A stretch of 64,000 nt of DNA from Octopus bimaculoides. Lineage: Eukaryota. Below are positions 53,658-64,000 of this stretch, in pieces. Within the stretch, counting starts at the first letter, position 1, and the number at the start of each line of letters is the position of its first letter. The notes under the pieces were generated by a model. The model had not been told where the DNA came from, searched no databases, and saw nothing but the letters and a program-made list of their open reading frames with translations. The stretch lies in contig NC_068982.1 of assembly GCF_001194135.2 (NCBI RefSeq), forward strand, positions 41,308,717-41,372,716. The letters are read 5' to 3'. The position numbers were made by a program, and so were the translations under genes.

Positions 53658-55214
53658 TTAGGTTGTCAAGAAAGTTCTTGCGGTTTTTAACCTTTAAATT
53701 CAGATGCACATATCTCGGCTCAAACAAAACTTTATTAATCTAAATAAACACCATCAGAATCAACCCACTTTTACCAACGCGAAACAAGTTTATATATTTC
53801 AGTAGCGTAAAAATCCTGCGTTCTGGTGGCGATGAAGTCGTTGAAGGCGTGTCCGACATCGTCTTGGTTTTTGAAGCATTTCTCACGCAGGAAGTTGTCG
53901 AGATGCATGAAAAAGTGGTAGTCGGTAGGTGAGAGGTCTGGTGAGTATGACGGATGAAGCAGTTTCGTAGCCCAATTCGTTCAACTTCTGCAGGGTCAGT
54001 TGTGCGATGTGTAGCCGAGCGTTGTCGTGGAGAAGAATTGGTCCTTTTCTATTGACCAATGCTGGCTGTTGTTGTTGGAGTTTCTTATGCATTTCATCCA
54101 TTTGCTGACAGTACTTCTCCGCTGTAATGGNNNNNNNNNNTGGCTTCGGGAAGTGCTGTGGAGCTTCGTCGGCGTTGCCGGTTGTTGTAAAGAATCCACT
54201 TTTCATTGCAAGTCACAGTCCGGTCAAGAAACGGGTCGTTCTTGTTGCGTAGAAGGGAAGACGACACTTCAAAACAGCGTTTTTTTTTGTTTTGTTTTTT
54301 TGTCGTTCAATTCGTGCGGCACTCATTTCTCAAGTATTTTTGTTTTTCCAATCTCTTTCAAGTGGCTGGAAATCGTCGTACACGTTACGTCTGTAGTAAC
54401 GCCGTGCGCATGCGTAGTCTTACGCATGCGTGGAATTCAACAACCAAGCTTTCCCGCTTTGATTGATCTTTTTCTTGCTGGCCAGCGATTGAGCAAGGAC
54501 GTATCTAGTTGTCTCTCCATCTTTCGAACTCACGCTGGACAGCTCACATCAATATACCAACGTCCCAACAACCATGTTCTCACACACCGAAGACGTCTCA
54601 ACAAACAAGATTAAAGATGTATATTTTCCACCATGAATAAATATTATTTGTGCTGATAGTCTGGAGTTCAGCGTTCCGTTCAATACTTAATTTAATATAG
54701 GAAAGTCAGGTGTACATCTAATGATGTATAACCCACTTTCCTATACGTCTAATTCAGAAGCAGGCTCTCAAACAGTTGTGTGTGGATTGGCTTCGACGAA
54801 GGCTCTTAGTTGATCGTTGTCAACATCCGATGGCCGACCACTACGCTTATCACTTTCAAGACTCTCGTCACCGCTACGAAATTTCTTGAACCCCTATTGT
54901 GCTGTACGTTCATTAGTGGTTCCTGGGCCAATCGCATCGTTGATATCGTGAACTGTTTCAGCAGCTTTTTGGTCTAGCTTGAACTGGAATCAGAAAATTG
55001 TGCGAATTTGCTTTTTGTCCATGTTGTATTCAACGTTCCGGAAAAAAAAATGGCCTAATTATTAAAAAAGAAAAAGAGTAACACGATTAGATAGAGCGAA
55101 AAACAGGATTTAAAATTATATATAAAGTCAAAGTAATTTAATGAAAATTAATTTGAAAATACATCATTTAAAACCAAAATTAAAAATTCCGCAAGAACTT
55201 TCTTGACAACCTAA
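53658..55214 (-). mobile_element. Complete-ended mariner (DD34D) relic with a nested insertion
   Basis: Perfect 26-bp TIRs TTAGGTTGTCAAGAAAGTTCTTGCGG (53658-53683 and 55189-55214), TA on both sides. Transposase MDKKQIRTIF..., VPHEL, LLHDNAR, SPDLSPTDYHFF. Contains stops, a 10-N gap and a 351-bp insert. Confidence 0.95.
54393..54743. mobile_element. Unclassified 351-bp insert in the mariner, 7-bp TSD, hairpins at both ends
   Basis: TACGTCT at 54386-54392 and 54744-54750. Removing the insert restores ELDV|TCTTISSHLKEIG. Stem cgcatgcgta-gtct-tacgcatgcg at 54407-54430; inverted repeat taggaaagt / actttccta at 54698-54706 and 54735-54743. Confidence 0.75.
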
Positions 55215-58200
55215 TATTATATTGGAATTTAATGTGAAAAAAAAAAATGGAGGCAGGTGTGGATATTTCTTGCACTTTAACTTTGTTTCCTCATACGTTT
55301 TGATGATGTAGTTTACAATTATGTCGAGAAAATAATTACATTCGTATCGAGACGTGTGAATTATTCGAAACTCCTCGTCTCCCTCGACACCTTCCGCAGA
55401 AAATTTTCACCACGATATAATCGTCATCGACACCACTTAAAAGATATTTGGAGAAAACTTCATTAAAAAAAAAAATTTTTTTTCAGAAATTTATGAGGAA
55501 ACAAAGTCATTGGGGCTCAATTCTGTAGTTGTGTCAGATGAGGTAGTCAAAGATACATAGTATCTGAGAGTTGGACGGGATGCTTATCATAGCTATGCTC
55601 ATTAGGGCTTACCTAGAGTTAAAGAACAATACGAAGATTTACTAGAATATAATATACAGAACTATTTGACTATATCCAGTTAATTCGAACAGTGTTACAT
55701 AATTTGTTGTTTTCATTCATAACGAAGAGCCTGTGAATTTAACTATCACTTTAAATTAATAAACCTTAAAACACTAACTGTATAAATGCGCGCATGTTGT
55801 GTGTGGATAGGTTTGTGAGTGTTTATGTGTATGTTAGCATATATTTTCGTTGCAAGTAAGAATCAATTCATGGACACATTGACTTCAACTTCTCCACGCA
55901 TTGAACTGCATAACAAAATGTAATGGAACTAATGTCTTTCATAGTTCTTCATAACAATGTTGGGATCTTTCTGATTTGGCCGGCGCCACTTTTTATTTAT
56001 GTTTTATTTAGTGTGTTTTCTACCGAAACACTTTAAAACTTATCGTAGCAAAACATTTTTTTTGTAATGTTTGAATACAAATTCGTTTTAGATTGGAAGA
56101 CTTTTGTATTATTGCGGACCTTAACTCGCTGTTGTTGTTTAACCATAGTTTATTCCTCACCATAACCGATCTAGGAACTTAAGGCATTCCCGCCGTGACG
56201 ATCCGGGTTTTTTTCTTTCTCCGGGCATAGTGCCCTATTGACATTATTTATATGTGTCCTTTTATAAGGCGGTATGATGACTTGAGAAAAAGTTATCGCA
56301 GGAGGAACGACCGCATAAAAGTTGCTATCGTTGGTCGGAGGACTTTGTTCTTACTGTGTAGCGGAAATCAGTTTTGATCGAGCATTGACTGCGACACGCG
56401 AATGGTCCACAGAACGGCAATCTGCAACTCAGCGCCTTGGTATCGAAGACCGCTTATGATACTGCTTCCCCTAGAATAAAGATGACGAACTTCTTTAGTT
56501 CTGAAGCGAAGGTACAAAATAGAGGTATAATCTAATTAAGGGCATTGAACTTATTATATTCACTAAAACCACAAAAAGGATACTGAGAACTTAATATAAC
56601 AGTAGTGAAGGGCGAAAGGGAATCTCCATCCTCGAGCGCATATGTGAAAGATCGCAAAATATCCTCTTGCTTATCAAAATTATCATCACAGGGTGTTTGA
56701 GAACCCTTGCCACGCCACTGCTGAGGATCTAATTAAGGTGTAAAAAAATAACTGAATGCTAAACCTCTTAATCTCTAATATAGCAATCTCACATATCTAA
56801 TATTACTGAAGCTCTTATCACAAAAACTAGGTAGGCTTCCTCCTTATCGAAGCTTTGTCTTATTGAAAATATTTCCACCCTGCTCTGTTGCAGAAATTTT
56901 ATGAAACTCAATACAATGGAGTACAGCTAATGTTAAACAAGTAAACATCTTGGACTGCAAACAAAAGTCTATTCAACTGGCTGGTAAATTTTCGTTCATG
57001 AACACTCTCCAACCACGAGCTCTTCTACCTACATGGATAACTGCACCTCTAAACTAATGTCTATTTCTTCATCCAGTCAACTATACTGTGCTGTATAATT
57101 AAAAATTTAAAGCGGAATAAATTGTATTGACTTGTACGTGCTGTTTTTGAAGGAGTTACGAAAAGTTATATTGTAACTTCTCGACATGCCAAAATGTCTG
57201 CTAGGAATATATAGACAAACCGGGATTTTTTTTTTTTTTTTTTTTACTAATTAGTTACAAAAAATTATTTTTTCTATGTGCCGGCCAAAAAGAAAAGATC
57301 CATTTTAGTATTTTTATTTCGAATATGGTGTTAATTTGGATTTGGAAACTTGAATGAGAACATGAATCTATGGCAATTATTAACGCGAAACCCACCCCTC
57401 TCAAAACTGCATCATTCTAGAATTCTCTGTCTTCCACTTCCACAATATTTTGTCTTTCAAATTACCATTAAACCATTCCAATCATATGCATCCATTCATC
57501 TCCTACCTTTCACTTCAGGAAAGCTATCTCAGACTGTGTGAAACGTCCTTTTTTCTGGTTCATCAAAAAGTTATGATTCGCATTCGGAATTTGGTTGTCA
57601 ACAAATGGCTAAAAATGAGCGACCTAACCAATACAAGTTATTAAAACATGGGGATTTTTCACAGTTTAAGAATTGCGACACAAATGTCTACTCATATATT
57701 TGTTGGAATCTTAATTCTTTGTTTTTTTTTTATTCCTTATCTCTTACTTGTTTCAGTCATAAGATTGCGGCTATACTTGGGTATCGCCTTGAAGGGTATT
57801 AGTCGAACAAATCGATCCCAGCATTTATGGTTTTTTAAAGTCTCGTATTATTCTATTTGACTTTTTTGCCTAATTGCTAAGTTACATGGACGTAAACAAA
57901 CCAGCACCGGTTGTCAAGCGGTAGTGAGGTACAAGCAAGTATACACACACACTCGACGGCTTCTTTCAATTTCCATCTACCAATTCCACTCACAAGACTT
58001 TAATCGGCCCGCGGCTACAGTAGAAGTCCTACTGCGTGGTCTAAGTTGCCACGTAGTTGGACGGAGCAGTAAATTATTTCGAACCAAAAGTTAAGTACAT
58101 TTGAGGAGAAATGTTTGGAAAATAGTTTGTATTTATCATTTTTATTTCTAGAAACAGGCTATTTCGAGAAGCGCAATAAGATCTCTTGCTTTCTCACGCG

Positions 58201-58660
58201 ACTGAGGAATATGTTGAGTTCTGTAACGTGCTCATAAGTCATTTGACTGTCACATTCAAACTGCCATCGACTTCAACGGTTTATTGTTTTATAGTTTAAT
58301 ATTAATGATGACTGCTTTTGATATTTGTATCAGTTTTACATTGATTTCAAGCGAGAACCAGAGAAAAGCAAAACGAAAAATGTCAAGAATGTAAACGATT
58401 CTCTAAAATACTAAAACGTTAAAAAAACGCAAAAACAAAACATACAAAAATCAAACGATTTTACTTTTAAACAACAAAACGAATTTTTATATCTATTATT
58501 ATTTTGTTTTAGTAATTCTATACATCGTCATAAACCTTTCTTCACATGTACGCATACTTTTTAATACATACATAATATACATATTTTATATATAAATATT
58601 ATTGCACGCCCCAAAAAGATCGTCCATGTATTTTCTATTATAAACAATCGACTTTAATAT

Positions 58661-58871
58661 ATGAAAACGACACAAAACATGATTCATCCTATTCACGGAA
58701 ATACACAATTTGAAACGAATTCGACTTCAGAATCTCTGAATAATCAACATCGACTGTACATTGATGACATTAATACTCAAACATCGATGCGAAAGTTTCG
58801 GAGGAAACAACGTTCTCTGTCTGTTCAAATGAACAAGACAGAGAAAGCAATTGACGATAAATATGTTCCTG
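58661..58871 (+). CDS. Candidate first coding exon of an unidentified neighbouring gene
   Basis: ATG 58661; 70 codons of non-repetitive hydrophilic sequence (MKTTQNMIHP...RKFRRKQRSLSVQMNKTEKAIDDKYVP), then CCTG|GTAAAT donor followed by pyrimidine-rich sequence. Lies near the right edge of the CpG-retaining domain. No homology recognised. Confidence 0.4.
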
Positions 58872-59117
58872 GTAAATATATTTATCATTTCCCTTCCCTA
58901 CCCTTTTTTTCTCTTTTGATTTCTTCATATTTTTTTCTTTATATTCTTTCACAAAACCCAAACTTCTATAGAAATAGTGAAATTTTTTTCCGTATGTAAT
59001 TTAAACCTCCACTATCTATGGAAGTGGACAAAGAAGTGCTGTGACCGAGAGGTTAAAGTACTAATTGGGTAAAGGGGAATTTAAAAAAATAATCAATTGC
59101 TTTGTTTTAATAGTTCG

Positions 59118-59527
59118 GCACAGACATGGCTGTGTGGTTAACAAGTTCGCTTTCCATCCACGTGGTTTCTGGGCCAGTCCCATTGCGTGACATCTTGGGC
59201 AAATGTCTTCTGCTATAGCCATGAGCCAACCAAAGCCTTTTGAGAGGATTAGTAAGACAAACTGAAAGAAGCCCGTCATATACATATATATATATCTATG
59301 TGTTTGTGTCTCCTTGTCTTGATATCGTGATAGTTTTAAACGAGTGTCACTACCATACAAGCGATATCATTGTTTCCAATCTTCCATGAACACATGTCCA
59401 GCCATGGAGAAATATTATCTTGCTTGGAAAGAGAAAGGATATACGTCCATAGAAATTCTGCTTTGACAAATTCCGTCTGAGTACGGAGAAGTGAACATTA
59501 AAACGACGAGGACGATGATGATGATGT
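59118..59527 (+). mobile_element. SINE family A2 full-length copy
   Basis: A-type head and CORE-like segment, (TA) tract, distinct 3' module ending attaaaacgacgaggacgatgatgatgatg. Confidence 0.8.
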
Positions 59528-61212
59528 TTTTTTCTACAGTGCCATTTAATTTAAACAAACAGGATTATGTAACTTGTCCAAAGGTAGGTTACAGGGTTTG
59601 AAGTCATGGCCGTTTAACCAGTTGCCCACCATCTGAATCTCATTGCCTTTTTATTGCTCATTGTTTTTTTGTTTTTTTTTCCATCGCACACGTTATATTC
59701 GATGGGAGAGTTAAATGAGAAGTTTTGACGTGTCTGCCTTTTCCTATGCCATTAATCTTTGTTACCATTATTCCTGTTAAAATACACTGCCATAATTTTT
59801 GACTTTGAAAATAATGAAGTTAGTAAAATAACTTTGTCATTATTAAGCTAGTATTTGAAACATAAATTAGCATGAAATATTGATGGAAGTTTTGAATTTC
59901 GATCATTTTAAAACAAGCAGTTTGTATCATAGAATCGGGAGCAGTCTCAAGTTGCTCGGCATCATAAATGGTAACAGCATGAGTAATGGATTTGCGCGAC
60001 ATTTATTAGCTATCATACATTTGTGTCTCAAAGACAACAAAGGACAGATAAGATAGATGGTATATGCCATGAAAACAAAAGGGAGGTAATTGTGCTGAAC
60101 ACTGGGAAATAACAGCTTTGATGTAAAGGAATCATACATTTACTATTGATTGCTCATTAACCTCATCAGTGAACAGAATGTTCTTACAAAGTATTGATTC
60201 TAGGGGCAGGAACACAAGCTGCATAATTTTCATGTACATACTTTTACTTCTATAATAAAATGAATTATTATTTAAAAGAAATAGCTTCTGTGGCCCCCCA
60301 TTCTAAATTTAGTTGTAGAAATTTATCAGAGAAGCAGACATCATGTGATGATTAGTAACGGTTTCAAAGTTTAGCACAAGGTCAGCAATTTTAGTGGGAT
60401 GGGATTAGTTGATTACAGAGATCCAGTGCTCAACTGGTCCTTATTTTGTGACCCTGAAGTGATGGCAAAGACGACTTTAGTGGCATTTGAACTCAGAACA
60501 ATAAGAGTTGGAAGAAATGCCACTAAGCATTTTATCCAATGTGGCCTTGTGTGAAACTTTGAAACTAATATGATTATCTACCTTATTAGCATGGTCTGAA
60601 CTTTGATTAGTGTTCTTGCTGTATTTATCCTGACTGTTGTGAGGCTGATGTCTTCTATTTAAGCACCTTTCATATGTAGTTCTTGATTTGGAGATGGTAC
60701 AAGGATATTTGAAATATACAGAGTGTCCATAAATTACCTTTACAATTTGAAAAATTTAGAAAAAAAAATTTTAAATATGGATAACTCAGCAGAGTATTGG
60801 TAAACAAACAAATAAAGTTCTATTAGAAATATCAGAACACTTCTACATGGGGTTCATTGGTTCCACACAACCAGTGATACAATACACTTTGGAAGTTGTA
60901 AAGATAACTTATGGAACCCTGCATTTAGTAGCTTCATTGGAATTGGTGATCTTTTATCTTTTACCTTTTCTTTTACTTTTTTCACTCATTTGTCTGCGGC
61001 CACCTTGAAGGGTTTTAGTTGAACAAATTGATCCCAGGACTTATTTTTAAAGTCTAGTACTTATTCTATTAGTCTCCTTTGCCAAATCAGTGTGTTATGG
61101 GTATGTAAACACACCAACACTAGTTGTCAAGTGGTGGTAGGGGACAAAAACAAGCTCAAAGACACACACACATAGCTATAGACACACACACAACAAGCTT
61201 CTTTCAGTTTCT

Positions 61213-61437
61213 TTCTTTATTGCCCACAAGGGGCTAAACATAGAGGGGACAAACAAGGATAGACAGAGGGATTAAGTGGATTACATCAACCCCAGTGCGT
61301 AACTGGTACTTAATTTATCGACCCCGAAAGGATGAAAGGAAAAGTCAACTTTGGCGGAATTTGAACTCAGAACGTAACAGCAGACGAAATGCCGCTAAGC
61401 ATTGCGCCCGACGTGCTAATGTTTCTGCCACCTTGCC
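61213..61437 (-). mobile_element. SINE family B (tail type B2) nested in a family-A SINE, 16-bp TSD
   Basis: GCTTCTTTCAGTTTCT occurs exactly at 61197-61212 and 61438-61453. Confidence 0.9.
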
Positions 61438-62228
61438 GCTTCTTTCAGTTTCTGTCTACCAAATTCACTCACAAGGGTTTGGTTAGCACAAGGCTATAGT
61501 GGAAGACACTTGCCCAAGGTGCCATGCAGTGGGACTGAACCTGGAACCATGTGGTTGGGAAGCAAGCTTCTTACCACACAGTCACGCCCTGTGTTGAGTA
61601 ACTATGAAGAAATTCTCTTGTTTGCTCAAGGTGTTCTGGTGGAAGACTCTGGTGCTGTTCAGGAAATGCAAGCACAGTGGCTCCAGTGTGTACAATTATT
61701 TGGCAGTGTGTTCAACATTTTTTTTCTTGGCCAACCTGCTAGAACATGCTGAAAGTAATTAGTTGTCTCCAATGTCTTTTATACAACTAATAAGCTCCAA
61801 AACTTGTTCAATGAAATCACCATGAGCAATAGCTGCATGGCAGTGAATACAACAGAGCTCCAAAACATTGAAATGAGTGTATTTGGTATACAAAAGTTAC
61901 GAGCTGCTCCTGTGCATTTAACTTGGTACCTCCATATAACAGGCCTGCTAAAGTAGATGTGATCAAGGATTACCTTTTACTTGTTTACTTTAGACTGTGG
62001 TCATATTGGGGCACTGCCTGGGGGTGTTTCTAGTCAAACATATTAATTTTATATCTGTTGTTATGTCTCATTTATTCTGTTGGTCTCTTTTGCCAAAACT
62101 CCAAGTTATGGGGACTTAAATAAACCAATACTGTTTGTCAAATGGTGGTAAGGAATGGAGACAAACACAATATGTGCGTGTGCGCACACATACACACTCA
62201 CACACACGATGCTCTTCTTTCAGTTTCT

Positions 62229-62458
62229 TATTTCTTTATTGCCCACAAAGGGCTACACATAGAGGGGACAAACAAGGTCAGACAAACGGATTAAGTCGAT
62301 TATATCGACCCCAGTGCATAACTGGTATTTATTTAATTGACCCCGAAAGGATGAAAGGCAAAGTCAACCTCGGCAGAATTTGAACTCAGAACATAGCGGC
62401 AGCCGAAATACCGCTAAGCATTTTGCCCAGCCTGCTAACGTTTCTGCTAGTTTGCCGC
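62229..62458 (-). mobile_element. SINE family B (tail type B2) nested at the same site of another family-A SINE, 15-bp TSD
   Basis: CTTCTTTCAGTTTCT at 62214-62228 and CTTATTTCAGTTTCT at 62459-62473 (one mismatch). Confidence 0.88.
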
Positions 62459-64000
62459 CTTATTTCAGTTTCTGTCTACCAAAATCATTCACAAAGCTTT
62501 GGTTTTCCTGGGGTTATATTACAAGATACTTACCATAGGTGCCATGAATCAAGGACCATGTCGTTGGGAACCAAGCTTCTTACCATGCAGCCACGTCTAC
62601 AATTACCAGTCACTAGTATCAGAAAGATTTAAGTCAAACTCAACTAATTCAAAATATTAAATGCACCATATTCTGAAATCTGAATGATTTTAAAACATTC
62701 AAAACAGGTGGTTTATTTGATAACAGAGAATGGCAATAAAAATGTAAGAGATATATTTGTTGGTGTGCTGTAAGACAAAAGAGGTATTGATGTTCAGCTG
62801 AGGTCTTTTATTAGAAAAGATGATGTAATGTCAAAATGAAGATGGTGATGACCATCATCATAGTATCATCATCATCATCATTGGTTTGGCATGAGGTTTC
62901 ATTGTTGTCACCACCCCCACCACCATCATTACCATCTTCATCATTATGTAACATTCACTTTTCCATGCTTGCATGGGTCTCAAGGAGTTCATTGAAGTAG
63001 ATCTTCTATAGCTGGATGCCTTTTCTGTTGCCAACCCTCATCTGTTTCCAAGCAAGGTAATATTTTCCCCATGGCTGAGGCATGTTTCCCATGGAAGAGT
63101 GGAAATGAACAACACCTCTTGTATGACAGTGATGCTCATTTTACAACCATCATATGATATCAAGGCAAACATACAAACAAACATGTGTATGTGTGCATGC
63201 ATATATTCAACAGTTCTATGCACTATGTCCTCTCATAAGGTTTTCGCTGGCCCAAGGCTATAACAGAGGGCAAAGCTTCTTAACCACACAGCCATTCCTG
63301 CATCTGTAGGCAGGCCTGTCTGTCCTCCCAGTGGGGTTGTGAAATCATAGTTTTAATTTGAGAGGATTATTTTTGCCTTCTAATTATATGTATGACAAAT
63401 ATTAATTTTTTGTTCCCCAAAATATTAATACAGCTATAGTTAAAGCAAGTTATTGTGATTTATTGATAAAAACTAGATATTGTCCCTCCTAGCAACTACT
63501 AAACTGGACTCTTGCACTATGGCCCTATGCTGATCGAAGCCTTGTGAATGGATTTGGTAAACAGAAACTGTTACGTGTGTGTGTGTGTGTGTGTGCGCAT
63601 GTGTGTGTGTGTGCGCATGTGTGTGTGTGAGTGTGTGTATCTTTGTTTATAAATCACGTGATGGTTGTAAATGAGCATTGTTGTCATACAAGTAAGGTTG
63701 ACCATTTCCTGTCTTGCATGCAAAACATGTCTAGGTCTGAGAAAATATTACCTTGTGTGGAAAGAGAAGGTTGGCAACAAGGGGGTCATCTGTCAGAAGA
63801 AAATCTGCTTCAACAAATTCCATCTGACCATGCAAGCATGAAAAAGTGGACATTTAATGACGATGATGATGACAACATATATACATGCATACATATATAT
63901 ATATATATATATGATCACATCACACATGCATGCATGCATGCACACACAAACTACTTACATACATACACACATGCACACTTACATGCATACATGTATACAC

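Overview
Eukaryotic, AT-rich, repeat-dense genomic DNA with five N gaps. The SINE, RTE and microsatellite landscape looks like an octopus (cephalopod) scaffold; this is an inference, not a database result. The only host gene I can recognise is TAPT1 on the minus strand. It has a 131-nt conserved exon at 7072-7202 and a phase-compatible candidate first coding exon at 42682-42877, joined by an intron of about 35.5 kb; later exons lie left of the window. A second, unidentified gene may start on the plus strand at about 58.66 kb, divergent from TAPT1. CpG depletion appears to mark the two putative gene bodies, with a CpG-retaining domain of about 20 kb between them. The rest is transposon debris: a Tx1/L1-type LINE 5' end, Penelope, CR1, two RTE families, two mariners, piggyBac-, hAT- and Mutator-type MITEs, and several tRNA-derived SINE families. 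The most notable observations are (1) a CRE-clade (R2-group) retrotransposon relic with an N-terminal PHD finger, (2) one SINE family inserted twice at the same nucleotide of another SINE with 15-16 bp TSDs, (3) SINEs with a shared head but tails matching two different LINEs that are both present here, and (4) a 351-bp hairpin-ended insert with a 7-bp TSD inside a mariner. Repeat-family names are motif-based and need Dfam/Repbase confirmation. Only representative SINE copies are listed, and many repeat boundaries are approximate.
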